Part shown: piece after piece, positions 19,793 through 28,245 of the stretch
Numbering within the stretch: the first letter of the stretch is position 1
Layout of the letters: each line of letters opens with the position of its first letter
IMG/VR virus record: IMGVR_UViG_3300030041_000009
Span: 124,001-188,000 of that record
DNA length: 64,000 bases
Strand: one strand, 5' to 3'
The notes under the pieces: generated by a model
The model's database searches: none
What the model saw: only the letters and a program-made list of their open reading frames with translations
Told to the model about the DNA's origin: nothing
Translations under genes and position numbers: made by a program

Positions 19793-20233
19793 TTATATGT
19801 TAAATTTATTTGTTGTTTTATATATTTCAATTCCTCCAACTTCATTAATACTATTTAATAATTCTGCTATATTTTCTGTGTCACCAACATATCCAGGATT
19901 AGAATTTTCATCTAAATTGTTAATTGGAAATCCTTCAATATATAATTCATCTTCTAATCCAGAACTTTCCATACTCCAAATTTTATATGTTTTCCCAAAT
20001 ATACTAACTATAGCATAAGCACCTTGATATAAATCGTGTCCTCTAATATCTTTTATTTTTAATATAGTATCATTATCTAAATTTGAAATTATATAATCTA
20101 ATCTTTCTTCTAAATACCTAATTAAACTTGCTTCTTCACTATCATCATCAGGATTATCTTTAACATAGTTCCAATTTACATCTCTACTCCATTCTCCTGT
20201 TTCGTATATTTTAAATGTTTTTAAATGTTTCAT
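19793..20233 (-). CDS. Dual-tag family protein (MKHLKTFKIYE ... NKFNI)
   Basis: Terminal motifs. Confidence 0.75.
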   Translation of the reverse strand: MKHLKTFKIYETGEWSRDVNWNYVKDNPDDDSEEASLIRYLEERLDYIISNLDNDTILKIKDIRGHDLYQGAYAIVSIFGKTYKIWSMESSGLEDELYIEGFPINNLDENSNPGYVGDTENIAELLNSINEVGGIEIYKTTNKFNI

Positions 20234-20286
20234 AAAAATATTTTTTATTTATATATAAAAAACTTGCACAATAAAAATATTTATAT

Positions 20287-20405
20287 TATCTTTGTATTTG
20301 ATTTTAATATCTATTTGTTGTGAAGCAAGAGATATTTAATTTTTAATTTTATTAGTTATATTGTTTTATAAAAAACTCTCTTGCTGTTTATCAGTAAGAG
20401 AGTTT
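20287..20405 (+). ncRNA. Putative small RNA unit 1 (promoter, UGUGAAGCA hairpin, U-rich tract, terminator)
   Basis: Architecture duplicated at 20493-20623 with compensatory stem changes. Confidence 0.55.
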
Positions 20406-20492
20406 AATAAAATTAAAATATTAAAAGACATCAATATATAATATTTTTATAAATAAAATCATTTTCCTATTGTAGGAATAAAATATTTTACT

Positions 20493-20623
20493 TATCTTTG
20501 GATTTCTTTTTACATCTACAATTTGCTGTGAAGCAAAAGATGTTTCTTTTTGTTAAATTTTGTTAGTTGTATTACTTAGTTTTTAGAAAGACTTCCTTAC
20601 TGATATATTCAGTAAGGAAGTTT
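20493..20623 (+). ncRNA. Putative small RNA unit 2
   Basis: TATCTTTG box, ACATCT..TGCTGTGAAGCA..AGATGT hairpin, CTTCCTTACTGA/TCAGTAAGGAAG stem. Confidence 0.55.
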
Positions 20624-20645
20624 AATAAATTAAAAAATTAAAAAT

Positions 20646-20849
20646 ATGAAAGAATTAATAGATGATACTCAGGTTCCAGATAGAGGATATTATTATTTAT
20701 TAGATTGGAATGAAGCCGATAGATGGGAAACTATGCTAAGATTATTTGATAAAAAAAGATTATGTGATTTGGAATTACATGAATATATTCAATTATTCGA
20801 AATTGCAACAAAAAAAGATTTAGAAAATTTAAAAATAGAAAAAACTTAA
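20646..20849 (+). CDS. Hypothetical protein
   Basis: ORF track. Confidence 0.6.
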   Translation: MKELIDDTQVPDRGYYYLLDWNEADRWETMLRLFDKKRLCDLELHEYIQLFEIATKKDLENLKIEKT

Positions 20850-20895
20850 TAAAATTATATTACTATATACATTACAAACAAAAATTAAAATTCTT

Positions 20896-20949
20896 ATGAA
20901 TAATAATATTTCAAACATGATTCAGCAACAACAACAAACTTACGTTTGA
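20896..20949 (+). CDS. Gln-rich leader peptide MNNNISNMIQQQQQTYV
   Basis: CAG CAA CAA CAA CAA run; stop codon overlaps antiterminator arm; precedes two tRNA-Gln genes. Confidence 0.75.
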   Translation: MNNNISNMIQQQQQTYV

Positions 20950-21033
20950 TTGGGTTAGAGTCATGTCTGTTTTTTACCCAATCCTGAAATGGTTTGGGTT
21001 TTTTTGTGCCCAACATTTTATGTTGGGTTTTTT
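20916..21033 (+). promoter_or_regulatory. Transcription attenuator with two tandem terminators
   Basis: Antiterminator GATTGGGT(20948-55)/ACCCAATC(20976-83); terminator 1 at 20976-21005; terminator 2 at 21008-21033. Confidence 0.75.
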
Positions 21034-21043
21034 GTTAATATAC

Positions 21044-21129
21044 TGCCTTGTGATGGAATTGGCTAAACATTTCAGTCTTTGAAACTGATGCTCATTGTGA
21101 GCTTGTGGGTTCGAACCCCACCAAGGCGA
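21044..21129 (+). tRNA. tRNA with TTG (Gln) anticodon on a class II long-variable-arm body
   Basis: Acceptor TGCCTTG/CAAGGCG, anticodon arm TCAGT-CTTTGAA-ACTGA, variable stem GCTCA/TGAGC, T-arm GTGGG-TTCGAAC-CCCAC; CCA not encoded. Confidence 0.85.
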
Positions 21130-21135
21130 CAATAT

Positions 21136-21206
21136 TCTTTCTTGATGTAATGATAGCATATCATTTTCTGACAATGAATGACTAAGTTCAAATCTTAGAG
21201 AAAGAA
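21136..21206 (+). tRNA. tRNA-Gln(CTG), AT-rich
   Basis: Acceptor TCTTTCT/AGAAAGA, anticodon arm TCATT-TTCTGAC-AATGA, T-arm CTAAG-TTCAAAT-CTTAG; D-loop has GA instead of GG. Confidence 0.75.
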
Positions 21207-21207
21207 C

Positions 21208-21244
21208 AAAAAAATCCTGAAATTTAAATTTCAGGATTTTTTTT
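21208..21244. terminator. Bidirectional terminator after tRNAs
   Basis: Perfect palindrome AAAATCCTGAAATTTAAATTTCAGGATTTT. Confidence 0.7.
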
Positions 21245-21502
21245 ATAATCATTATAGAATTTAAGATATTCTTCATCTGTTTGTTTATTAAATTTCATTT
21301 GGTACATTAGAATTTGTCCTAATTCAGCTCCAGATAATTCACCTGAATCAAATCCAAGTTCTTTTATAATTTGGAAGATAGTTTTATTTTTCATATCTTC
21401 TTTACTTGTAGTTCTAAATTTAAACTCTAATTCAATTGCTAATTTTTTAATTTTTTCAGGAATGTTATATTCGAAAAATTCATAAGTTTTAATAAATTTC
21501 AT
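21224..21502 (-). CDS. Hypothetical protein with N-terminal MKFIKTYE tag
   Basis: ORF track. Confidence 0.65.
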   Translation of the reverse strand: MKFIKTYEFFEYNIPEKIKKLAIELEFKFRTTSKEDMKNKTIFQIIKELGFDSGELSGAELGQILMYQMKFNKQTDEEYLKFYNDYKKNPEI

Positions 21503-21608
21503 GCTTTATTTTTTTTATGTTATATATAAAAAATAAGTACTAAGTTTTTTATCTTCACAGATATACTAACTTAGTACTTATTCAACAAACATTATTATGA
21601 TATAGAAA

Positions 21609-22319
21609 TTATGTGGTTTTGCTATATTTATCAATTATGCTTTTTATATTAAGGTTAAAAAATTTTTCAGAAAATTCTTCAATATTACTATATTTTTTTA
21701 ATCTATTTAATATCATTTGCTTAATATCTATTTTTAAAGTGTCAGAATTTTCTATTTTATTAATATCTGATAATGACATTGTTAACGATTTTAAAAAAAT
21801 ATTAAGTTTTTCTATTTCTGAATAACTTTCAAAATCATTTGGAGTACGAGATATTTTTATAATATTTCCGTTTATTTGATTTAATTTTAATTCTCTTTGC
21901 TCTCTTATACTAACTTCACAAAAATTATATGTTGATAATTTATTTTTTATTCCTTTAACTTTTATATAATCATTAGAATATTGTTTTTCTACGTAGTATA
22001 TTTCATTTTCTTTAATTAATTTTGAGCTATATCTACTTCTAATATATTGTCCAACATAATTAATATTATAACTATCTAAATATTTATCAGTAATACGAAA
22101 CAATTCATGATTAATTAATAATTCATCATTTTCTAATTTGAATTTTTCTGCAGAATAAGTACTCAATCCTTTTATAACAACACGCTTATTTGTTTCATTA
22201 TCATATTGATATAAATTAATAGCATAATATATTCCACCTTTTATTAAATTTATTGCATCTTTTGTATCAATACAAATTACTTTAATTGGAGAATTTATTA
22301 ATTTTATTTGATCATTCAT
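21609..22319 (-). CDS. Hypothetical protein
   Basis: ORF track; internal RELKLNQI. Confidence 0.65.
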   Translation of the reverse strand: MNDQIKLINSPIKVICIDTKDAINLIKGGIYYAINLYQYDNETNKRVVIKGLSTYSAEKFKLENDELLINHELFRITDKYLDSYNINYVGQYIRSRYSSKLIKENEIYYVEKQYSNDYIKVKGIKNKLSTYNFCEVSIREQRELKLNQINGNIIKISRTPNDFESYSEIEKLNIFLKSLTMSLSDINKIENSDTLKIDIKQMILNRLKKYSNIEEFSEKFFNLNIKSIIDKYSKTT

Positions 22320-22525
22320 TATTTTAAATATTTAAGTCCACCTACTGTACCTTCATATAATCCTGCTAAATAGCATTGTATCATATCTTCTGTCATTGGT
22401 ACTTGAGTAGAATATTTAATATTATTTTCAATCATTACAATTCCAGTGTTATAAGTAATTATTATATTTAGAGTTGGTATTACTTTCTTTATTTCACGAT
22501 AAATTGCTTCAGATTCTATATTCAT
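22319..22525 (-). CDS. Hypothetical protein
   Basis: ORF track. Confidence 0.55.
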   Translation of the reverse strand: MNIESEAIYREIKKVIPTLNIIITYNTGIVMIENNIKYSTQVPMTEDMIQCYLAGLYEGTVGGLKYLK

Positions 22526-22531
22526 AATTTA

Positions 22532-22963
22532 TTAAAATATTTGTTTATATAAATTTGTAAGTAATACTATATCAGGTATTTTATAGAATAATAAATTTAT
22601 TAGTATTATAGTTAATATTAATATTGATAAAACTGAGTCAATTATTAAAATTAATTTTCTTATATTTATATTTTTTAAATATTTAAAAGAAAATGTTTTT
22701 ATAAATGACATTAATATTAAAATAAAGAACAATTCAAAATTTATTGTAAATATTCCTATCAGTGTTATAATTGAATAAATAATATCAGCAAGTGCTATTT
22801 TAGAAAATAACGATAACATATTAGAATTCAATTTTTTTTGTATATTTTTACCATAATAAACTGAAATTGTGGTAATTCTATAAAATAGATTAGCTCTGAA
22901 CAGTTTATGAATTTCAAATGAAAGAAATATTCCAATAAATAAAATAAAAATTAAATTTAGCAT
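22532..22963 (-). CDS. Multi-pass membrane protein
   Basis: Several hydrophobic segments. Confidence 0.65.
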   Translation of the reverse strand: MLNLIFILFIGIFLSFEIHKLFRANLFYRITTISVYYGKNIQKKLNSNMLSLFSKIALADIIYSIITLIGIFTINFELFFILILMSFIKTFSFKYLKNINIRKLILIIDSVLSILILTIILINLLFYKIPDIVLLTNLYKQIF

Positions 22964-23128
22964 AAGTTTTTTCCGTTAAATGGTTCAATATTTGGTCCAG
23001 TACTAATTCCACGTTCTAATATTGTTCCCATGTATTTATATTTATTATCATGAAGCATAATATTAAAATCTTTCTCTGATGCACACCAAATTAAGGTTTC
23101 TCCGTATAAAAAAAAGTAGTAATTCATA

Positions 23129-23731
23129 TTATTGATTTAATTTGTTAATTTTTCTTTTTCTTAATTCTTGTAATGTATCTAATTTAACTTCAACAGAATA
23201 ATCCATTGTAGATTTAGTAATAGATGAGTCTACTGTATAATTACTTTTATCTTTTTGATTTTTCCAGAATTCGTATCTTATAACTTGTAAAATATCATAA
23301 GCTTCTCTACATGTTTCATCAGTTTGTGGATTATAAATTCCAAAATCTCCATTATAAAAAGTGATATCTCCCGTAATTAAATATTTAATTTCTTTTAATT
23401 TTTTATCAATTTCATCACGAGTAAATTGCAATTTTGACCAATCTGGCGACATTTTTATATTTTTAATGTCATTCCAAGTTCTTATTTCATTTCCATTACC
23501 CCAACTACCTTCTGTTTTTATAAAATCTTCACCTATTTCAACTATTTTTCCTCTCATAGTATCATCACCAACTTCAAGAGTTTTTTTAACTGTAAATTGA
23601 TCAGTTATACATTTATCAATAGTTGGATGTGATACAATTTCATTTAGTTGTAAAATTCCAATTCTTGAATATAAATCTAAAGCCCTTTGAATTAAAGTAA
23701 GCTGTTTATTTGTTAATTTTATAGTTGCCAT
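23129..23731 (-). CDS. Hypothetical protein with RKxKI tag
   Basis: ends LRKRKINKLNQ. Confidence 0.7.
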   Translation of the reverse strand: MATIKLTNKQLTLIQRALDLYSRIGILQLNEIVSHPTIDKCITDQFTVKKTLEVGDDTMRGKIVEIGEDFIKTEGSWGNGNEIRTWNDIKNIKMSPDWSKLQFTRDEIDKKLKEIKYLITGDITFYNGDFGIYNPQTDETCREAYDILQVIRYEFWKNQKDKSNYTVDSSITKSTMDYSVEVKLDTLQELRKRKINKLNQ

Positions 23732-23734
23732 ATA

Positions 23735-24097
23735 TTATTTAGAGTAAACTAAAAAAGGAAGTTTTTTATCTTGATAAGGAGAATGAGTAAATCTGAATCT
23801 TGGATCAATTTTTGCTTCTTCTATTGTGATATAGAAAAAATGGTTAGAATCTAAATTATTCCAATTATTAAATTCTTCTTCAGTTTTAAATTCTGGCTCC
23901 ATTCCACCATGAAATTCATCTGCGAGAGCATTTTTAATTGCAATAAAATAATCTTCAGGAATAGGATTAATTTTTTCTACGCCTGATCTGTCTAATACTG
24001 TGGCTATAACACCTGTCATTTGATTAAAATAAATGTATTTGCTTTTTGATACTTCATCAAGTGCAATAGCACTAACTTTTTCAAAACTTACTTTCAT
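23735..24097 (-). CDS. Hypothetical protein
   Basis: ORF track. Confidence 0.65.
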   Translation of the reverse strand: MKVSFEKVSAIALDEVSKSKYIYFNQMTGVIATVLDRSGVEKINPIPEDYFIAIKNALADEFHGGMEPEFKTEEEFNNWNNLDSNHFFYITIEEAKIDPRFRFTHSPYQDKKLPFLVYSK

Positions 24098-24109
24098 GAT
24101 TTTAATAAT

Positions 24110-24379
24110 TTAGTTGATTAAACATTTATTGTTATATATAGTATCAATATCAATATTTCTTATTTTTATGAAAGATTTAATTATATTAATTCCTCCTGAT
24201 GAAACTTCTATTTTATCAGAAATACGGATCAGAAGATATGTATTTTCAAATCCAATATTGAATTTAATTAAGTCATATGATTTTTGTTCATATATAACAG
24301 ATTCTTTCAATTCTTTTAAAAGACTTGTTTTCTGTTCTGATAAATCAATTACTTGTTGTATTTTATCTTCTGTTTTCAT
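24110..24379 (-). CDS. Hypothetical protein
   Basis: ORF track; TATCTTTG box upstream on minus strand. Confidence 0.6.
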   Translation of the reverse strand: MKTEDKIQQVIDLSEQKTSLLKELKESVIYEQKSYDLIKFNIGFENTYLLIRISDKIEVSSGGINIIKSFIKIRNIDIDTIYNNKCLIN

Positions 24380-24461
24380 AGTACAAAGATAATAATAAAT
24401 ATTGGCATACTAAAAAAGTTAATCAAAAATGATTAACTTTTATTCTTTTTTAACAATTTAA

Positions 24462-25196
24462 TTACTGAGAATATATTTTATCATATAAAATGCCTATTAT
24501 ATCAATTAATTTTTTAAATTTTCCTTCATTTCTTAATTTTTTGAATACTAAATTTTCAATTGAAAATTCTCCACTTTCTGATAATCCATCTTTTCTAGAT
24601 TTCATTATCTTAGTTTTTAATTCTTTTGCTTTGTTATAATATTGCTCAGAATCATAAGGATCTAAATTTTGTTTTGATAATTTTTCAAATTCATTAATAT
24701 CTGATGCTCTTAGTTCATATTTAGAATTAACTTCTTTATTGTCTACATTTGGCTGACTATAAGATGGCTCTTTTAACCATATATGATTCATTAATGAATA
24801 ACTACCTGATGATATATTTTCTTCATTTACATCTTGTACATATAACTCAACATCATGTTCTTTTATAATAATGTTATGTCTTATGTTCCACATGAATCTT
24901 TGCCCATCAAATGCTTTTTTAACTAATTCAACATTATCATCTACTTCAGAAAAATCAATTATAATATGTACGTCTAAATCTGATAATTTTGTATAATTAA
25001 AATTGGTAATTGATCCTGTTAATATAATATCTTTTATTTCTGCTTCTACATCTAACTCTTTATAAAAATCTCTTGCAATTCTTAATAATTTTTCTTCGAT
25101 TCTTGGTATAATTACTTTATTTTCCCAAATATCAGGGCAAAGTAATTTTTTATATGATATTTTTCTTTCTGTTATGAAGTTATTATAGCTTTTCAT
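24462..25196 (-). CDS. Pol-beta superfamily nucleotidyltransferase
   Basis: LTGS-x9-SDLDVH and third acidic residue in VELYVQD; N-terminus MKSYNNFITE. Confidence 0.8.
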   Translation of the reverse strand: MKSYNNFITERKISYKKLLCPDIWENKVIIPRIEEKLLRIARDFYKELDVEAEIKDIILTGSITNFNYTKLSDLDVHIIIDFSEVDDNVELVKKAFDGQRFMWNIRHNIIIKEHDVELYVQDVNEENISSGSYSLMNHIWLKEPSYSQPNVDNKEVNSKYELRASDINEFEKLSKQNLDPYDSEQYYNKAKELKTKIMKSRKDGLSESGEFSIENLVFKKLRNEGKFKKLIDIIGILYDKIYSQ

Positions 25197-25246
25197 TAAG
25201 TATCTAATATTTTTTTGTATATATAAAATATTAGATATTTTATTTT

Positions 25247-25555
25247 TTAATAAAATAATGAATTATAATAATTCCAAAATGTAGTACTATCACGTGCTAA
25301 TATTTCCATGCATACTTCCCATGCATAATGTTCATCATCATCATTTCGATCACCATTTTCTTTTGATGTTTCAAATTGATCTGATGCTAATTTGTATAAT
25401 TTATCAAAAAAATTACATTTTTCTAAATCTGTAAATTCAGATAAATTTTTGATTGCTACTTCTTTATTTTTTAATTCAGCTTTTAGCTCTAATTGTTCAA
25501 GTTCTTTTTTCTTGAGTTCAATTTCTTCTTTAATTTTTTCAATTTCTGTTTTCAT
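25247..25555 (-). CDS. Hypothetical protein, N-terminal coiled coil
   Basis: ORF track. Confidence 0.65.
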   Translation of the reverse strand: MKTEIEKIKEEIELKKKELEQLELKAELKNKEVAIKNLSEFTDLEKCNFFDKLYKLASDQFETSKENGDRNDDDEHYAWEVCMEILARDSTTFWNYYNSLFY

Positions 25556-25567
25556 TTTTTATTATTT

Positions 25568-25951
25568 TTAAAATGGTAATTCTTTAAATCTAGAATGTTT
25601 ATAAACTTCATCATCAGTCCAAATTTTATAATCATATTCTGGTATTAATTCTAATGATTTTATTTTCATATTTCTTTGAAGTTTAATATTAATAGGTTTA
25701 ATATTTGAAAATTGAAAATCAGAAAGATTTAAATTAATCCATCCTCTATCAGTTAACTTATACTCCCTAAAATTTGTTCTATCTTTATTATATAATGTTG
25801 ACCAATTATTAATTTCAAATGTTCTTGTTGAACATTGAATTATCGCATTTTTACATGATTCTTTAAGTCGTATTACTAATGTTTTAATATTCATCATATA
25901 ATGTTTCTCCGTGTATAATTGATTTTGATATTTCGAACCAAAAAAAATCAA
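25568..25951 (-). CDS. Hypothetical protein (start uncertain)
   Basis: ORF track. Confidence 0.5.
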   Translation of the reverse strand: MIFFGSKYQNQLYTEKHYMMNIKTLVIRLKESCKNAIIQCSTRTFEINNWSTLYNKDRTNFREYKLTDRGWINLNLSDFQFSNIKPINIKLQRNMKIKSLELIPEYDYKIWTDDEVYKHSRFKELPF

Positions 25952-26099
25952 TAATTAAACCAAATAGGAATCCAAATATCAATCCAACATAAGAAAATAC
26001 TAATAATCCTAATATAGCAAAAATAATAGGATATGCAATTAAAATTAATATTTTTTTCATGATATTTTTATTGAATAGGTTATATAATATTTTCAACAA
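25884..26099 (-). CDS. Small membrane protein (probable start MKKILIL)
   Basis: Two hydrophobic helices. Confidence 0.55.
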   Translation of the reverse strand: MLKILYNLFNKNIMKKILILIAYPIIFAILGLLVFSYVGLIFGFLFGLIIDFFWFEISKSIIHGETLYDEY

Positions 26100-26156
26100 A
26101 GATAATACATTATTTTGAAATAAAAAAATGATATAATGATTTTTATATATAATAAT

Positions 26157-26486
26157 ATGAAATATTTAAAATATTATGAAAATATAGAAGATAATTTAGA
26201 AGTTGGTGATTATGTATTAATTAAAATTAATATACTTCCTTATACTCAAAAACAAATAGATACAGAGAATTTTATAAATAATACTATTGGTAAAATAATT
26301 GATATTATTACTGACCGTAATGATGTTGTTGTGTTATATGAAAATGTGCCTGAAACTATTAAATCTTATTTTAATATTAATAATGGATTAGATATTCGAA
26401 CTTTTGATATTAATAGAATAGTTGAGCATGGTAAAACAAAAGAGCAATTAGAATTAAAATTACAAGCAAATAAATTTAATTTATGA
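26157..26486 (+). CDS. Dual-tag family, VGDYV/NNxIG/YxNxP subfamily
   Basis: MKYLKYYE ... LQANKFNL. Confidence 0.75.
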   Translation: MKYLKYYENIEDNLEVGDYVLIKINILPYTQKQIDTENFINNTIGKIIDIITDRNDVVVLYENVPETIKSYFNINNGLDIRTFDINRIVEHGKTKEQLELKLQANKFNL

Positions 26487-26995
26487 AATACGTAAAAACA
26501 TTTGAAGAAAGAAAATCATCTGATTATAATAATCAATATTTAACAAAAGAAGAAGAATCTTTACTTTCAGTGTTTATCACTGATTATATAAAAAGATTAA
26601 ATATTTTAGATAAAATTGATGATTTAACATTAACAGAACTTGAATCAGATAGGTTTCAACATAGAACAATTTTCAATAATCTTATTGGAATAAATAATTC
26701 ATATACTGATACTAATAGTTTTTATAAAAATATAGACAAATTTATTAAAGAAAAAAACATTAATTCTTCTAGTTTAATTAATCGTAAATCTATATTTAAA
26801 ATAGAAGATAATATTTATAAATATTATAAACCTGAATTTACTAATAAATTAGACAATAAAATAATTGAATTATTATCAAATATTCCGAATTTAGAAATAA
26901 TTAAAAAATATTACAACGAATATTCTTATTATTTTACATCTAAAGTAAAAAATGCATTTTCATATATATTTAATACTGATAAATTTAATATATAA
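26483..26995 (+). CDS. Dual-tag family protein
   Basis: MKYVKTFE ... DKFNI. Confidence 0.75.
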   Translation: MKYVKTFEERKSSDYNNQYLTKEEESLLSVFITDYIKRLNILDKIDDLTLTELESDRFQHRTIFNNLIGINNSYTDTNSFYKNIDKFIKEKNINSSSLINRKSIFKIEDNIYKYYKPEFTNKLDNKIIELLSNIPNLEIIKKYYNEYSYYFTSKVKNAFSYIFNTDKFNI

Positions 26996-27067
26996 TGTAA
27001 ATAAAAAAGAATAAATAAAAATTATATATAGAATAAATAATAAATAAAAAATAAAAAAATAAATTAT

Positions 27068-27541
27068 ATGAAAAAACTTAAAGATTTTGGTTCATTTATA
27101 ACTGAAAAAGTAAAAACTAATAACGAAGAAAATAACTTAAATGAAAATATATGGTCTGAATTATTTTCTAATGCAGCATCATTAGGTGCTCTTGAACAAG
27201 TGTATTATTGGGCTGGAATAGCAATTGATGCATTAGCAGTAGGAGCAATTGGAACAGGTATCGTTAAAGTTACAACAAGTGGAGTTTTAGAATTATTAAA
27301 AAATAATAAATTAGGAGAGCGTGGTAAAGAATTCGCTGAAAAAGTCATAGAATTGGGCAAAAAAGGAGCAGAATTATTTAAAACTAAGCAAAAAGACGAA
27401 TCTTTTCCTGAACAAGTTAATAGTGAATTTAGTAAATATCAAGATGTTATTGGACAATTAAATAATGGTGAATTAGGTGAAGAAGGTGTAAATCTTGCTA
27501 AAAAAGTAACTAATGCTAAAGAAGCCGCTGAAGAAGTTTAA
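27068..27541 (+). CDS. Protein with N-terminal ..FITE tag and hydrophobic Gly/Ala segment
   Basis: MKKLKDFGSFITE; WAGIAIDALAVGAIGTGIV. Confidence 0.7.
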   Translation: MKKLKDFGSFITEKVKTNNEENNLNENIWSELFSNAASLGALEQVYYWAGIAIDALAVGAIGTGIVKVTTSGVLELLKNNKLGERGKEFAEKVIELGKKGAELFKTKQKDESFPEQVNSEFSKYQDVIGQLNNGELGEEGVNLAKKVTNAKEAAEEV

Positions 27542-27656
27542 ATATTAAAATGTATTATAAAATAAAAAGTCATTCTTTAAAAAGAATGACTTTTTGCTTT
27601 TATGGCTTTCATTTATATTTTTATCTATATTTTTCGATTATATATCTTATATTTTG

Positions 27657-27787
27657 TTATATCGGCGGTGAATTGCAACTATCTTTCATATTATTATATT
27701 ATTTATATTTTATCTAATTTATTTATATTTTATCTATTATATTTTTATCTATTATTGTATCGGCGGTGAATTGCAACTATCTTCCAT
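27657..27787 (-). repeat. Duplicated ~33-bp element encoding micro-ORFs M(E/K)DSCNSPPI
   Basis: Copies at 27657-27689 and 27752-27787, flanked by repeated TAGATAAAATATAAAT. Confidence 0.7.
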
Positions 27788-27906
27788 ATTAAATATTTTT
27801 TTAAAGTAAATATATTAAGTTTTAATTACAGTACAAAGATATAGTTTTTTAATGATATATGAAAATTAAATGATATTTTTATTGAACATTTAATATTTTT
27901 TAATAT

Positions 27907-28245
27907 TTATTTATTTTTTTTGTATTTATCAGGATATTTTTTTTTATCATTAGCAATATATTCAAATAATTCTTTAATTTTTGAAATGTCTTTTTTTGAC
28001 TTTTTTATTTTAATGTATTCAATTTTTCCTATTTCGTTTGTTTTTGAATTATCATCAATTAACTCCATTGCAATAGATAAACAAAATAAATGAAAATCTC
28101 TCAAATCTTCGTTTATATTTTCAGTAGTAATTTTCCAATTATATTTTATATAATCTGTTTGAATTTTATTTCTATTAATCTTATTAAGTTTAATTTTTCT
28201 AATAATATTAATAGGAGGATTTACTTGATTTATAGTTATTTTCAT
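27907..28245 (-). CDS. Hypothetical protein
   Basis: ORF track. Confidence 0.6.
   Translation of the reverse strand: MKITINQVNPPINIIRKIKLNKINRNKIQTDYIKYNWKITTENINEDLRDFHLFCLSIAMELIDDNSKTNEIGKIEYIKIKKSKKDISKIKELFEYIANDKKKYPDKYKKNK

Noticed and set aside
20974-21276. 100-aa minus-strand ORF
   Set aside because: Antisense shadow of the attenuator and two tRNAs
27657-27787. Two-copy repeat as a mini CRISPR array
   Set aside because: No similarity to the main repeat, and the ~65-nt intervening sequence is itself repetitive
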